A stretch of 64,000 nt of DNA from Nostoc sp. (GCA_036918135.1 JBALDB010000029.1:67207-131206), one strand, 5' to 3'. Counted from the stretch's first letter, positions 18,544-31,478 are shown. The notes: generated from the sequence alone by a model not told the origin. Program-made: numbers and translations.

Positions 18544-20325
18544 TTATTTATAGGTAGTGTCACTTTCTACTTGTATTCTGGCAATCATTTTTTCTAGTTC
18601 TTTGAGGTGTTGTGCGTTCACAAGCCACCCCTCTTCATAGTTATATTTATCTATACTATATTGACTATGTTGTTCTTTTAAGGTTGCAAATTGATAATTA
18701 ATTATTGATAATGCTTTCCCTTGAATAATTACTTTTTTTAGCAACTCAAACCTTGATGTTTTATCCATTTGAAGCAAGAGTTGTGAAATGCAACGACTGA
18801 TGATAACTTCATTGCCAAAATTAAGAATACCATTAGATTCATCATCTGGAGACAGTAAAAGTTCCTCACTAACATCAAACAAAGCTTCCACAATTGAAGG
18901 TATGTAATCCAGAGGAATTTCTTGTTTATTTGAATTTTCTAGTTGTTCTAGAAATATCCTAACTTGTGTTGTACCGTTTGGAAGTTTTTGTTTAGCAAGT
19001 TCTGTAAGATGATTTTTAAATTTGTCTGTGTCTCCAATCAAGTCAAAGATAAGTTTTCTCGGAGTATTAGATAATTCACCTACTGAGAACGACAGACGAA
19101 AGTAAATAGGAAATATTTCTAAACTACACACACGTAGTTGTTCGCGCCATTCAAACTCTTTATTTTCATCTAGATAGCTATCACCCCAAATAGATTTTAA
19201 CTTAGGAAAAAGGTGCATTAGTAGATTTTTAATAGGCTGCTTATCTTCATCTTGTAGTTGAGCAATCCAGGTATTAAGCAGACTTTTGAGTTCATCTATT
19301 GAAGAGTTTAACTCTCCCACAAAAACATCAGGATTTTGAGAGACTATCCGATATATTTTTGGAGAAAACACTCGCAATGACTCAATAGCAATGAAATCAA
19401 CTGGGTTTACTTCATCTTTTACTGCTGGATACGTTACTGTTAAAGTATTAATTAAACGAACAATATCGCGGTTGCTATTAATGAAGCAATCTATTCCTTG
19501 AAAGTAAATCTCAGCCCAACGAGCTTGGTTTATTTGTTGTTTTTGGGTTTCAAAAAATATATTGTTAAGCTTTGCAAAAAGCAGCCTCCGAAGTGAGGTC
19601 TTCTGAGGAATAGGTAGTTCAAAACTCATTTGAATAATTTTTTCTAAATCTACTTCTCCAGATATTTCTTCGGATTCTGCAATTGTTTTGATTACAACTT
19701 CTTTATCAAAAACCAGAAGATAGACAACGTCAGTAAAATTCCGCATTGCTTTGAAAATGCGAAATAGCTGCTTGATATCGTCAGCAGGCAATCGGTCGAT
19801 ATCGTCAATTGTTATGACTATTCGCCGCTGCTGCTGTAGTAGCTTGTCTTCCACTTCCTCTTTAAATTCCACAGCTTCTTTGTCCCTGTCATCTAATAAT
19901 GTTGCTAATGCCTTGCCAGTTTGAGCATAAGGTAAAGGAATGTCTGAAATAACGTTGGCAAAATCAGCTAGTCTTTCTTTCAAACCTTTTGACACAGATG
20001 ATTTTTGAGTTAAAACGTTTTGTAATTGCTCAAAAAAGCGCCTTGTGATATTTTGGTGTCCAGACAATAGCCAAGGATTAAAAGGAACGATGATTGGTTG
20101 CTCCTCGTCTGGCTTTTGCTGAAGATAGTGAACTACAAAGTTTAATAGTGTGGATTTGCCAGAGTTCCAAGAACCGTAAACTGCAATAACAAAACCTTCA
20201 GGAGAAGTCATTTTGCAAATACTATCTGCTAGATACTTGGCGAAACCCGCGTGTCCTAGCAGGTCTTTTTCAGGATCGACTAAGGAACTATCTACTGATA
20301 TATCTTTAATTTCCGTCTGTTGCAT
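18544..20325 (-). CDS. KAP family P-loop NTPase
   Basis: DLLGH..FA N-terminus, Walker A GSWNSGKST, FNPW, Walker B IDDIDR, LEKIIQ..F.LP; ATG at 20325 preferred. Confidence 0.88.
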   Translation of the reverse strand: MQQTEIKDISVDSSLVDPEKDLLGHAGFAKYLADSICKMTSPEGFVIAVYGSWNSGKSTLLNFVVHYLQQKPDEEQPIIVPFNPWLLSGHQNITRRFFEQLQNVLTQKSSVSKGLKERLADFANVISDIPLPYAQTGKALATLLDDRDKEAVEFKEEVEDKLLQQQRRIVITIDDIDRLPADDIKQLFRIFKAMRNFTDVVYLLVFDKEVVIKTIAESEEISGEVDLEKIIQMSFELPIPQKTSLRRLLFAKLNNIFFETQKQQINQARWAEIYFQGIDCFINSNRDIVRLINTLTVTYPAVKDEVNPVDFIAIESLRVFSPKIYRIVSQNPDVFVGELNSSIDELKSLLNTWIAQLQDEDKQPIKNLLMHLFPKLKSIWGDSYLDENKEFEWREQLRVCSLEIFPIYFRLSFSVGELSNTPRKLIFDLIGDTDKFKNHLTELAKQKLPNGTTQVRIFLEQLENSNKQEIPLDYIPSIVEALFDVSEELLLSPDDESNGILNFGNEVIISRCISQLLLQMDKTSRFELLKKVIIQGKALSIINYQFATLKEQHSQYSIDKYNYEEGWLVNAQHLKELEKMIARIQVESDTTYK

Positions 20326-20391
20326 AAAACCAACATTTGCTCGCTGCTTAGAAACAGAGTACCTCACATATTGCACATTTTAAAATACTGA

Positions 20392-20520
20392 TAAGCTGTA
20401 AAACATCTAGTTTGCATGTGTTTTAGCTGATAGGGAGATGAGGAGATAAGGAAATGGAGAGAGGAATTGAGCAATTAAGCAACAATCCAACCAGGTGCAA
20501 GTTAAATGTGGAACAGCTTA
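20392..20520. mobile_element. MITE-like element with TAAGCTGT terminal inverted repeats
   Basis: TAAGCTGTAAAACATCTAGTTTGCA versus TGCAAGTTAAATGTGGAACAGCTTA. Confidence 0.6.
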
Positions 20521-21045
20521 CGACTAGCTAAAAACTTTTTACCAAACCTCCACTGACGTTAGGAATCCAATATGCAAATTTGATATCTATATTTTTACAC
20601 TTCTTGTATGTGATGTGAGCCTGTTAGTTATCTGTTAGGGTTTAAAGATGCTACTAATAAAAAATCAAATTGCTGATTCAGAAAATTTTAGATTTATTAA
20701 GTAATAACAATTCGGAAACTTTCTTATATATTATTGCAACGTAAAAATTTCAGCAAAAAAGTAGTAGATTAGTAAAATTCACTAATCTACTACAGGTATA
20801 GTTAGGAGACAATTTTGATATTTAAAACATTTTTTATTGATAAATATTATAAGCTAAAAAGTTAATATTTGAATAAGTTAAATAAACTTAAAATCTTTTA
20901 TATATTATTTATTAATTTAAACTTAACAACAAAATTGAAATTGTGAGATTAAATTTATCTTAGTAGGATTAAATTTTAGAAAAAGGTAGCAGATGGGTAT
21001 GAATTATCCCACTGCTACAAAAAACGGAGGTATAAACTTGATTAT

Positions 21046-21612
21046 TTAATTGGCATGAACCAATTCTTGAGGGGCTGCTGCATCATATTCTACAGCTTTC
21101 ACAAATTCCTTAATAACGTCTTTGAGTCTTTGGTCAATTTCCTCATCTAAGAGAACACTATTATCAGGTTGTCGTTGAATTTGTTTATCCACTGCATAAA
21201 CAGTAGCTAAAATATGTCGCGCTCCTAATTCAGATAACACAGGTTTGAGAGCATATTCTATTGCCAATAAATGAGCGATCGTCCCACCAAGGGCAATTGG
21301 TAATACAGGTTTACCTGTTAATGATTTTTGTGGCAGCAAATCGAGAAATGTTTTGAGTACTCCTGTATAAGCAGCTTTATAAATTGGGGTGGCAATAATC
21401 ACACCATTTGCGTTTGCTAATAAAGCTTTTGGCTGTTCTAAAGCGGGGCTGTCATACCGTCCAAAAACTAAATCTTCAGCAGGCAAATCCCGAACTGAAA
21501 TGATATCTACATGCAAGCCTTCTTGTTGTAAAAGCTTAGTGGTGTATTCCACAAAACCGTAAGTTCTAGATGGATGGGTTGGACTACCAGCGATCGCTAG
21601 AATATTTGCCAT
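21046..21612 (-). CDS. ssuE: NADPH-dependent FMN reductase
   Basis: AGSPTHPSRT, ATPIYKAAYTGVLK; downstream of ssuD. Confidence 0.92.
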   Translation of the reverse strand: MANILAIAGSPTHPSRTYGFVEYTTKLLQQEGLHVDIISVRDLPAEDLVFGRYDSPALEQPKALLANANGVIIATPIYKAAYTGVLKTFLDLLPQKSLTGKPVLPIALGGTIAHLLAIEYALKPVLSELGARHILATVYAVDKQIQRQPDNSVLLDEEIDQRLKDVIKEFVKAVEYDAAAPQELVHAN

Positions 21613-21637
21613 TTAATTAAACTCCTAATGTATTAAT

Positions 21638-21731
21638 GGGGACTGGGGAATCAGGGATTGGGTATTGGGGATTGGGTTAGGAAAATTCTCCCCCAGTCAC
21701 TAGTACCTAGTCTCCAGTCCCCAGTCCCCAA
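21638..21731. repeat. STRR-type heptamer repeats in two inverted blocks
   Basis: GGGGACT/GGGTATT units followed by CCCCAGT units. Confidence 0.75.
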
Positions 21732-21734
21732 TTA

Positions 21735-22895
21735 CTAGGATATGGATGTAGCTTTCTCTTTTTGCTGCTGCCCAGGAAAATCTTCATTTGCTATAATCTC
21801 GCCAAACGGACTCAAGACATGTTGCTTCTCTACTGTGGGTAGATTTTCCAAAGGCAAATGGGGAAAGACAAGTTCTGCAACTCGATAAGCTTCCTCTAAA
21901 TGGGGATAGCCAGAGAGGATAAAGGATTCAATACCCAAATTAGCGTATTCCAATATCCTGGCAGCTACGGTTTGCGGATCGCCTACTAGGGCTGTTCCGG
22001 CACCACCCCGTACCAAACCAACTCCTGCCCACAGGTTCGGACTAATCTCTAATGCCTCTTGACTACCGTGGTGTAGTTGAGTCATCCGCCGCTGTCCAAC
22101 TGAATCCATGCGTGCGTAAGCTTTTTGGGCTTTAGCGATCGCTTCCTCATCTACATATTTAATTAATTGATTTGCTGCATCCCAAGCTTCGCTCTCGGTT
22201 TCTCGCACAATCACATGTAGGCGAATGCCAAACCGCAAAGTTCTTCCTTGAGCCTCTGCTAGTTTACGAACTGATGCAATCTTTTCGGCTACTTGCGTCG
22301 GTGGTTCGCCCCAAGTTAAATAAACATCTACGTGCTTGGCAGCAATTTTTTGAGCAATCCCAGAGGAACCGCCGAACCACAAGGGCGGATATGGCTTTTG
22401 TACTGGTGGAAACAGCAGTTTGCCATCTTGAATGTTAAAATAATCGCCTTCAAAATTGGCTTGTTCGCCGCTAGCGATCGCTCGCCATATTGTCAAAAAT
22501 TCATCTGTTAATTCATAACGCTGGTCGTGACCCAAATGCAAGCCGTCTCCCGCTAACTCTACCGGATCGCCCCCTGTGACTACATTAATCAGCAAGCGTC
22601 CACCAGAAAGGCGATCGAAGGTTGCTGCCATCCGCGCTGCAACTCCAGGGGACACCAAGCCAGGGCGAATCGCCACTAGAAAACGCATCTGCCGCGTTAG
22701 TGATACCAGCGTTGACGCTACAATCCAAGCATCTTCGCAAGAGCGACCCGTCGGCAGCAAAGCCCCTGTGTAGCCAAGGTCATCCACCGCTTGGGCAATC
22801 TGTCGTAGATAGGCAAAGCTCACTGCCCTTCCGCCTGTAGCAGTTGCAAGATACCGTCCGTCGCCGTGGGTTGGGATGAACCATAGTAGCTGCAT
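21735..22895 (-). CDS. ssuD: FMNH2-dependent alkanesulfonate monooxygenase
   Basis: [35 protein letters not shown]. Confidence 0.95.
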   Translation of the reverse strand: MQLLWFIPTHGDGRYLATATGGRAVSFAYLRQIAQAVDDLGYTGALLPTGRSCEDAWIVASTLVSLTRQMRFLVAIRPGLVSPGVAARMAATFDRLSGGRLLINVVTGGDPVELAGDGLHLGHDQRYELTDEFLTIWRAIASGEQANFEGDYFNIQDGKLLFPPVQKPYPPLWFGGSSGIAQKIAAKHVDVYLTWGEPPTQVAEKIASVRKLAEAQGRTLRFGIRLHVIVRETESEAWDAANQLIKYVDEEAIAKAQKAYARMDSVGQRRMTQLHHGSQEALEISPNLWAGVGLVRGGAGTALVGDPQTVAARILEYANLGIESFILSGYPHLEEAYRVAELVFPHLPLENLPTVEKQHVLSPFGEIIANEDFPGQQQKEKATSIS

Positions 22896-23261
22896 GAATT
22901 CTGTCCTTTTAAAATACGGTAAATTGATGTTAATACCGTACTTTGATTACAGCTTTAGAGTATTACATATTCAGATTAACTAAGCAAGAAGTTTTTTAAT
23001 AAACATCGGACTGGGTGCTGGGTATTAGAAATGAAACAGATTCATGTTCACTGTGCCAAATCAAGTAAAGTGGATTAACAAGCGATCGCATCTCAGTTTG
23101 TGTAAAGATTCTTGTCATGGATAAGTAAGAAAGATTTTTATCCATCGCTTAATCTGATTTTTCCATCACCTTTATAATGAATTTTATTTTCAAAGGTACT
23201 CTCACCTCAAAATAGGCGATTTTCAAGGACTATTGTCATCATTAAATTGCTGAATCAAAAA

Positions 23262-24977
23262 CTAAAACAAAAAGTACCTTTGGGTCATTGGCAAAACTGT
23301 TGCAGGTTCACAAATTAGCAACTCACCATCTGCCCTGACTTCATAGGTTTCGGGGTCAACTTCTATATGGGGTAGTGCATCATTCAACTTCATATCCTGC
23401 TTAGTTAATTGACGTGTCCGAGAAACTGCAACTGCTGTCTTTCCTAAACCTAGCTGCGTAGGAATTTCTTTTTCCAAAGCTGCCTGCGAAATAAAAGTTA
23501 ATGATGTGGCATTCTTAGCACCTGCAAAACTACCAAACATCGGTCGCATATGCACTGGTTGGGGTGTGGGAATACTGGCGTTAGGATCGCCCATTTGCGA
23601 CCATGCAATCATTCCGCCTTTAATGACTATTTCTGGCTTGACGCCAAAAAAAGGCGGACGCCACAAGCACAAATCTGCTAATTTTCCCTCTTCAACTGAA
23701 CCCACATAATCAGCAATTCCGTGAGCGAGCGCCGGATTAATAGTATATTTAGCAACATATCTTTTTGCACGAAAATTATCTGCTGGTTGCTCAGTTCCTT
23801 GTGGGTTAAGAGTTCCTCGTTGTACCTTCATTTTGTGAGATGTCTGCCAGGTGCGAATTATCACTTCACCTACCCTTCCCATTGCTTGGGAGTCAGAAGA
23901 AATCATACTGAATGCGCCTAAGTCGTGCAAAATGTCTTCAGCAGCAATGGTTTCTCGGCGAATGCGAGACTCGGCAAAAGCGACATCTTCGGCGATCGCC
24001 GGATCGAGATGATGACATACCATCAACATATCCAGGTGTTCATCTAAGGTGTTGAGGGTATAAGGACGTGTGGGATTGGTGGAAGATGGTAGAACATTAG
24101 CTTGGCTGCAAACTTTGATGATATCTGGTGCGTGTCCGCCGCCTGCGCCTTCGGTGTGGTAGGTGTGGATGACACGATTCTTGAAAGCAGCAATGGTATC
24201 TTCTACAAATCCGGCTTCGTTGAGGGTATCAGTATGGATAGCTACTTGCACATCATATTCATCGGCAACGCTGAGGCAAGTATCAATTGCTGCGGGGGTG
24301 GTTCCCCAGTCTTCATGCAGCTTTAACCCCATTGCACCTGCGGCTACTTGTTCTACAAGTCCTTGGGGTTGACTGGCATTACCTTTACCCAAAAATCCTA
24401 AGTTGACGGGAAAAGCCTCAGCAGCTTGCAGCATCCGATAAATATTCCAAGGGCCTGGGGTGCAGGTAGTAGCATTTGTACCCGTAGCCGGGCCAGTACC
24501 GCCGCCAATCATGGTAGTGATACCAGAAGCGATCGCCACTTCAATTTGTTGGGGACAAATAAAATGAATATGGGCATCAATACCCCCAGCAGTGAGAATC
24601 ATTCCTTCCCCTGCTAAAGCTTCAGTTCCGGGGCCGATAATAATATCTATATTATTTTGAATATAAGGATTTCCGGCTTTACCAATTTTAAAAATTTTGC
24701 CATCTTTAATGCCAATATCTGCTTTGACAATACCCCACCAATCGAGAATTAAGGCATTAGTAATTACTAAATCTACAGCACCATCAGCGTTAGAAATGGG
24801 GGATTGTCCCATTCCGTCTCTAATGACTTTACCGCCGCCGAATTTTACTTCATCGCCGTAGGTGGTAAAATCTTGTTCAACTTCTATAAATAATTCTGTG
24901 TCTGCAAGTCGGATGCGATCGCCTACTGTTGGGCCGTAGGTTTCGGCGTAGGCGTGGCGTGACATTTTGTAAGGCAT
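23262..24977 (-). CDS. ureC: Urease subunit alpha
   Basis: [33 protein letters not shown]. Confidence 0.98.
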   Translation of the reverse strand: MPYKMSRHAYAETYGPTVGDRIRLADTELFIEVEQDFTTYGDEVKFGGGKVIRDGMGQSPISNADGAVDLVITNALILDWWGIVKADIGIKDGKIFKIGKAGNPYIQNNIDIIIGPGTEALAGEGMILTAGGIDAHIHFICPQQIEVAIASGITTMIGGGTGPATGTNATTCTPGPWNIYRMLQAAEAFPVNLGFLGKGNASQPQGLVEQVAAGAMGLKLHEDWGTTPAAIDTCLSVADEYDVQVAIHTDTLNEAGFVEDTIAAFKNRVIHTYHTEGAGGGHAPDIIKVCSQANVLPSSTNPTRPYTLNTLDEHLDMLMVCHHLDPAIAEDVAFAESRIRRETIAAEDILHDLGAFSMISSDSQAMGRVGEVIIRTWQTSHKMKVQRGTLNPQGTEQPADNFRAKRYVAKYTINPALAHGIADYVGSVEEGKLADLCLWRPPFFGVKPEIVIKGGMIAWSQMGDPNASIPTPQPVHMRPMFGSFAGAKNATSLTFISQAALEKEIPTQLGLGKTAVAVSRTRQLTKQDMKLNDALPHIEVDPETYEVRADGELLICEPATVLPMTQRYFLF

Positions 24978-25056
24978 ATTACATTCCTGCGGAGTCAGGT
25001 TAGAATCGAGTTTAAACGCAAAGGGGCGCTAAGGTAAACGCAGAGGAGCGCGGAGT

Positions 25057-25434
25057 GTGGATGAGAATGACTTGAGTGGGGCGATAATTGGTTGTGGTAT
25101 AAGAGTGCATACGGCGTTGGGGCCAGGGTTATTGGAGTCAGCTTATGAGGAATGTTTGCATTATGAATTGAAGCAGCATGGATTTAGGGTTGGTAGGCAA
25201 ATTTCATTACCTCTCGTATATAAAGAGGTGGAATTGGATTGTGTTTATCGATTAGATTTAATAGTAGAAAATAAAGTAATTATTGAAGTCAAGTCTGTAG
25301 AATCCATCAACCCAATTCACTCAGTACAGCTTTTAACTTACCTTAAACTCACTAATTGTAAACTCGGTCTTCTGCTCAACTTTAACGTTCTCCACCTCAA
25401 AGAAGGCATCAAACGTGTGGCAAACAAACTCTAA
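25057..25434 (+). CDS. GxxExxY protein (PD-(D/E)xK nuclease-like)
   Basis: LGPGLLESAYE, RLDLIVE...IEVK, QLLTYLK. Confidence 0.92.
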   Translation: MDENDLSGAIIGCGIRVHTALGPGLLESAYEECLHYELKQHGFRVGRQISLPLVYKEVELDCVYRLDLIVENKVIIEVKSVESINPIHSVQLLTYLKLTNCKLGLLLNFNVLHLKEGIKRVANKL

Positions 25435-25538
25435 CTTTGCGTACCTCCGCGTTTACCTCAGCGTTCCTCTGCGTTAAAAAATAAATTTTTTAAACGCAAA
25501 AAGATGCAAAGGGAAGCGTAGAGATTTGCGGAGGGTTT

Positions 25539-25844
25539 TTAGAGGTTTCCGTTAATTTTGGTGTTGAAACCGTAGACTTGGCGAGTACCGACAAGGGGGA
25601 TTAGAGTTATTTCTTTTTCATCGCCTGGTTCAAAGCGAACTGCGGTTCCGGCGGGGATATCGAGGCGCATTCCTCGCGCTTGTTCTCTGTCAAAGTTTAA
25701 GGCGGTGTTGACTTCATAAAAGTGATAGTGGGAACCGACTTGTATGGGGCGATCGCCTGTATTTGAAACTCGCAATTTTATAGTTGGACGACCAACATTT
25801 AGTTCAATTTCACCTGCTGGTGTGAGAATTTCTCCAGGAATCAT
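25539..25844 (-). CDS. ureB: Urease subunit beta
   Basis: [25 protein letters not shown]. Confidence 0.97.
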   Translation of the reverse strand: MIPGEILTPAGEIELNVGRPTIKLRVSNTGDRPIQVGSHYHFYEVNTALNFDREQARGMRLDIPAGTAVRFEPGDEKEITLIPLVGTRQVYGFNTKINGNL

Positions 25845-25865
25845 AATAAATTTAAAATTTCCAAA

Positions 25866-26168
25866 CTAACGAATTGGATTATGTACTGTTACTAACTTTG
25901 TGCCATCAGGAAAAGTTGCTTCTACCTGCACTTCATGCACCATTTCTGGTATCCCTTCCATGACATCATCTCGCGTTAAGAGAGTTGTACCATAACTCAT
26001 TAATTCAGCTACAGTTTGCCCATCTCTTGCACCTTCTAAAATGGCAGCAGAAATATAAGCAACTGCTTCGGGATAATTTAGTTTCAAACCTCTTTCTTTA
26101 CGTTTTTCTGCTAATAAAGCAGCAGTAAAAATTAATAGTTTATCTTTTTCTTGCGGTGTCAATTGCAT
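25866..26168 (-). CDS. ureA: Urease subunit gamma
   Basis: [11 protein letters not shown]...[14 protein letters not shown]; 100 aa from ATG at 26168. Confidence 0.97.
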   Translation of the reverse strand: MQLTPQEKDKLLIFTAALLAEKRKERGLKLNYPEAVAYISAAILEGARDGQTVAELMSYGTTLLTRDDVMEGIPEMVHEVQVEATFPDGTKLVTVHNPIR

Positions 26169-26190
26169 TCTTCTCTCCACTCTTGGCGGT

Positions 26191-27030
26191 TCAAACCTGC
26201 CACACTCTTGGTATACAATTACCACGATTTAAAAAAGAAACTCGCAGCAGCTGCCAGATATCAATAAACCAGTTTCTCACCTCAGATGTAGAATCACCGC
26301 GATATCGACACAATAATCCATGTTGTAATCTGCTAACACCTGTTTCACCAACGCCATTGCCTAAAATTCGGATTTTTTCTCTAATTTCTGCTGAAACTGC
26401 ATCGCCAAGCCAAACTAGACTACCTACTATTGGTTTTCCAGCCAAGCCGTGAGGACTGTGGACAATTTCTTCGCTAGCTGGTAACCATTGCCGATCGATC
26501 CATAAGGGAATACCTTGTTGCCATATTTCAGTGTGCGATCGCCATTCCCCTTGTAAGAATTTTTCTCCTCTAGCACTGCGACCAAATCGGGTAATTTCCC
26601 AGCCTAACCAACTAGCCCCGGTTGCTAATTCTACCCGTAAATCTTGTTGATAAATCGCACTGTTAAATAAAATTGTTTCTTGGGGCAACCATTCTAAACA
26701 AGCACCAGCATCAACTTGCATCTGGATGGTTTGTCTAGCTTGTAAGCCATTGCTGCGGTATATCTTGCTTGCAGCAGCTGTAGTGATTAAGGCGTGTGTA
26801 TGGGGTTGGAGGTGGATATTAGAGGATAAGCGATCGCCTCCCACCATTCCCCCAGCCGTGTGTAAAATTACGCTATGACAAACTTTTTCCCCTTCTGGAT
26901 AGAATGGGCGTTGTACCTTCAAGGGTGCTTGATGGTGGCTATAAATTAATTCGGTTGTGTTGTGGCGATCGGCGTAAACTAAATTCAGTTTGCCATGCCA
27001 ACCTTCTGTAGTTTGTGAGTTGCAAGTCAT
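26191..27030 (-). CDS. ureD: Urease accessory protein
   Basis: [35 protein letters not shown]. Confidence 0.95.
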   Translation of the reverse strand: MTCNSQTTEGWHGKLNLVYADRHNTTELIYSHHQAPLKVQRPFYPEGEKVCHSVILHTAGGMVGGDRLSSNIHLQPHTHALITTAAASKIYRSNGLQARQTIQMQVDAGACLEWLPQETILFNSAIYQQDLRVELATGASWLGWEITRFGRSARGEKFLQGEWRSHTEIWQQGIPLWIDRQWLPASEEIVHSPHGLAGKPIVGSLVWLGDAVSAEIREKIRILGNGVGETGVSRLQHGLLCRYRGDSTSEVRNWFIDIWQLLRVSFLNRGNCIPRVWQV

Positions 27031-27813
27031 TTAATTGATTGGTTCGGCAAGGTGTACGCTAGTGCGATAGACCAAGTACACAAAACCATTCTCATCACAA
27101 AAACGCTGATACAATTCTTGAAAATTATCAATAAGTTTTTTATCTGCCAAGCCTTCACTAGGTAGATAAGAAACACTTTTTGCTCGTCCGATAAGCCCAG
27201 TTAAATCTAACTGTTGTCTATAAGTAAAAGTGTATTCGCGGATATTAATAAAATTAGGAGTAGCTAAAAGTGGCTCTACTGACTGCATCCTTGATTCTGC
27301 TGGGTGATTGTTAGATGCTTCACGGACTATTCGGCTATATTCTGCCGTTAAATCATCTTCTTTATCCCGGTTATTCCATACCACAGCTAAGTGTCCTGAC
27401 GGTTTTAAAATCCGATGAAATTCTGATAACGCTGGTTCTGGATTGAACCAATGAAAAGCTTGAAAACAAGTAACCAAATCAACAGATTGCTCAGTAAGTT
27501 TGGTAAATTCTGCTGTTCCATCACCAAACTCTACTAAAGGGTACGCTTGAGCGGCTTCTCTCATCGCTACATTTGGTTCTATGGCGATGACATTAACTCC
27601 ACGTTCAGCAAGTAATCTTGAACTAATTCCTGTACCAGCACCAATATCTGCTGCGATAATTTGTGAATTTTTATCTAATCCTTCCAAAATAATATCAATT
27701 GCATCTGGAGGGTAGCTTGGTCGGTATTTAACATAATCTTCCGCTCTATCGGAAAATCGGTTAAGCGGGTTTAGGGTATGTAGAGGAGTTGTTTCAAAAT
27801 TAGTTTGGCTCAT
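27031..27813 (-). CDS. Class I SAM-dependent methyltransferase
   Basis: YRPSYP, ADIGAGTG, QAFHWF. Confidence 0.9.
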   Translation of the reverse strand: MSQTNFETTPLHTLNPLNRFSDRAEDYVKYRPSYPPDAIDIILEGLDKNSQIIAADIGAGTGISSRLLAERGVNVIAIEPNVAMREAAQAYPLVEFGDGTAEFTKLTEQSVDLVTCFQAFHWFNPEPALSEFHRILKPSGHLAVVWNNRDKEDDLTAEYSRIVREASNNHPAESRMQSVEPLLATPNFINIREYTFTYRQQLDLTGLIGRAKSVSYLPSEGLADKKLIDNFQELYQRFCDENGFVYLVYRTSVHLAEPIN

Positions 27814-27912
27814 GAATTTTTAGGTAAAAGAAAAAATTAACCTGTTACTTGGGTATATTTCCAGGGAAACATAGAACTGTAGCCCATGAAATGTGTGAGT
27901 CTACCAGAAATT

Positions 27913-28767
27913 ATGACAGCTAAAACGATCAGCATTTGCAATCTCAAGGGTGGAGTTGGGAAAACTACTATCGTCATGGCATTAGCGGAATATTTAGCAG
28001 GGGACACCATGTATGGCAAGCGAGTGCTGGTTATTGACCTCGATCCTCAGTGTAATTTAACAAATATTTTAATGTCAGAAGATGTATGGTTTAGTCAATT
28101 TGAAAGGAATAAGTTGACTTTACCTTATTTATTTAAACGACCTAAAGATTTTCTAGATCGTCTTAAAAACGAGGACTTTATAGCTAAACGAGATATTTCT
28201 AATCTAAAAGCTAAATTTCAATCTTTACACCTAATACCTAGTAGCCCTATATTATTTGAAATTCAAGAAGAATTACCTGAAGGATTTTATTATAATCTAG
28301 GATTAAAACCGATTGATTTACTGAAGGAAGTTATAAATAGTCTATCTAAAAAATACGATTATGTTTTGATTGATTGCCCACCAACAATTAACAAAACAAT
28401 TAAAAGTGCATTTTTAGCAAGTGATTTTTGTATTTTGCCTTGCACCCCTAACAGGATGTCAATTGGTGGATTAAGATTAATTTTAAGACATATTAAAAAG
28501 TTTAATAATGAAAATGGGCATAATTTAAAATCTTTAGGAACTTTAATCTCTAGATTTAATGTATCTAGAGCTAGTTATAATCAATTAGTTGAATTGATTA
28601 TAACTAGCTCTGATTTTCCATCAGTATTTAGAACTAAAATTACTGAAAGAGCACAATTAGCTAAAAATTTAGATTTTGGAGAGAAGTTGACATATAAACA
28701 AAAATATGGTGATTTATATGATTCTCTAAAAGATTTTGCTCAAGAAGTGATTCAGAGAGTTAAGTAA
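27913..28767 (+). CDS. ParA/Soj family ATPase (orphan)
   Basis: KGGVGKTT deviant Walker A, IDLDPQCN, LIDCPP; no parB nearby. Confidence 0.88.
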   Translation: MTAKTISICNLKGGVGKTTIVMALAEYLAGDTMYGKRVLVIDLDPQCNLTNILMSEDVWFSQFERNKLTLPYLFKRPKDFLDRLKNEDFIAKRDISNLKAKFQSLHLIPSSPILFEIQEELPEGFYYNLGLKPIDLLKEVINSLSKKYDYVLIDCPPTINKTIKSAFLASDFCILPCTPNRMSIGGLRLILRHIKKFNNENGHNLKSLGTLISRFNVSRASYNQLVELIITSSDFPSVFRTKITERAQLAKNLDFGEKLTYKQKYGDLYDSLKDFAQEVIQRVK

Positions 28768-28827
28768 ATAAAAGTACAACGGACGTTTTCCTATAAAATT
28801 TCTAGAGTTAATAGAATTTAGGTATTC

Positions 28828-29013
28828 ATGGAGCCAACAGAACTACAATATCTCGTTCTCAATGCTTTGGAAACTCTAGGACTACTTGAGGGAATGTTCT
28901 ATGATGATGAGAGAGGATTCTACTATATCACCACTCCTAGCCTCGTTTTACCTACAGCACTACTCCTGCAAAATGGCGAAATAGCTCCTATTTCATGGGC
29001 ATCAGAACTATGA
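28828..29013 (+). CDS. Small hypothetical protein (61 aa)
   Basis: ATG ORF whose stop overlaps the next start (ATGA). Confidence 0.55.
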   Translation: MEPTELQYLVLNALETLGLLEGMFYDDERGFYYITTPSLVLPTALLLQNGEIAPISWASEL

Positions 29014-29210
29014 AAGAACCAACAACACTGTTAAAGCAAAAGTATCAAAGACTGAAAGAAATTTTTGCACTAGCTCGACAAAGATATCTAGAAGCAGGCG
29101 GCGATCCTCGTCGTCCAGCTGATAATTGTTATTTAACTAATGAAGAGAAACAAGAAGCTTTTGAAATAGGAGTCCAGGTTTTTGAAGTTAAAGTTAATCA
29201 AACTAAATAA
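29010..29210 (+). CDS. Small hypothetical protein (66 aa)
   Basis: ATG at 29010 coupled to upstream TGA; helical-looking sequence. Confidence 0.55.
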   Translation: MKEPTTLLKQKYQRLKEIFALARQRYLEAGGDPRRPADNCYLTNEEKQEAFEIGVQVFEVKVNQTK

Positions 29211-29253
29211 ATGTAAATCTTAATTTAGTTTAAGAAATTTAGGCTCTATGCCA

Positions 29254-29292
29254 TAAAAAAACAGCCGCCTCTACTAGGAAGCAGCTGTTTTT
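29254..29292. terminator. Bidirectional intrinsic terminator after groEL
   Basis: AAAAAAACAGCCGC...GCAGCTGTTTTT hairpin with A and T tails. Confidence 0.7.
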
Positions 29293-29314
29293 ACAAATAA
29301 CGGACTACAGAATA

Positions 29315-30952
<1,638 letters not shown>

Positions 30953-30961
30953 TTATTGTTA

Positions 30962-31081
30962 GTTGTCCTTTGTCATTTGTCTTTTGTTCTACCCTTCGGG
31001 AAGCCGCCCGGAGGGCGTCTACGTCATTTGTCATTTGTCCTTTGTCATTGGCTAATGACTAATGACCAATGACTAATGACC
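30962..31081. repeat. STRR2-type heptamer array with an embedded GC-rich small repeat
   Basis: TTTGTCA/TGACTAA units; insert CCCTTCGGGAAGCCGCCCGGAGGGCGTCTAC near 30992-31022. Confidence 0.75.
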
Positions 31082-31082
31082 A

Positions 31083-31394
31083 CTAGATAACAACTGCTAA
31101 GATATCTTTTTCAGAAAGCAGTACAAATTCTTCGGTGCCGAGTTTGATGTCAGTACCAGCGTACTTAGAGTACAGCACCTTATCGCCGACTTTAATTTCC
31201 AATTCTTGACGGCTACCGTCGTCATTACGCTTGCCAGGGCCGAGGGCAACTACTTCCCCTACCTGGGGTTTTTCCTTAGCGGTGTCAGGCAAATACAGAC
31301 CACCTGCGGTCTTTTCTTCAGAGGCGCTCACTTTCACGAAAACGCGATCGCCTAATGGTTTTACTGTAGAAACGGTTAGAGATATTGCTGCCAT
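31083..31394 (-). CDS. groES: Co-chaperonin GroES
   Basis: [29 protein letters not shown]. Confidence 0.99.
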   Translation of the reverse strand: MAAISLTVSTVKPLGDRVFVKVSASEEKTAGGLYLPDTAKEKPQVGEVVALGPGKRNDDGSRQELEIKVGDKVLYSKYAGTDIKLGTEEFVLLSEKDILAVVI

Positions 31395-31412
31395 ATCATT
31401 TTTCTCCAGAGT

Positions 31413-31439
31413 TTAGCACTCTCAACTCCTGAGTGCTAA
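31413..31439. promoter_or_regulatory. CIRCE (HrcA operator)
   Basis: Perfect TTAGCACTC-N9-GAGTGCTAA just upstream of groES. Confidence 0.97.
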
Positions 31440-31478
31440 TCTATCGAAAAGCAGCATCCAATGGCAAGAATTTCTTAA

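Noticed and set aside
23262..27030. Absence of ureE, ureF and ureG as a defect
   Set aside because: These accessory genes are often encoded elsewhere in cyanobacteria; cannot be judged from this window
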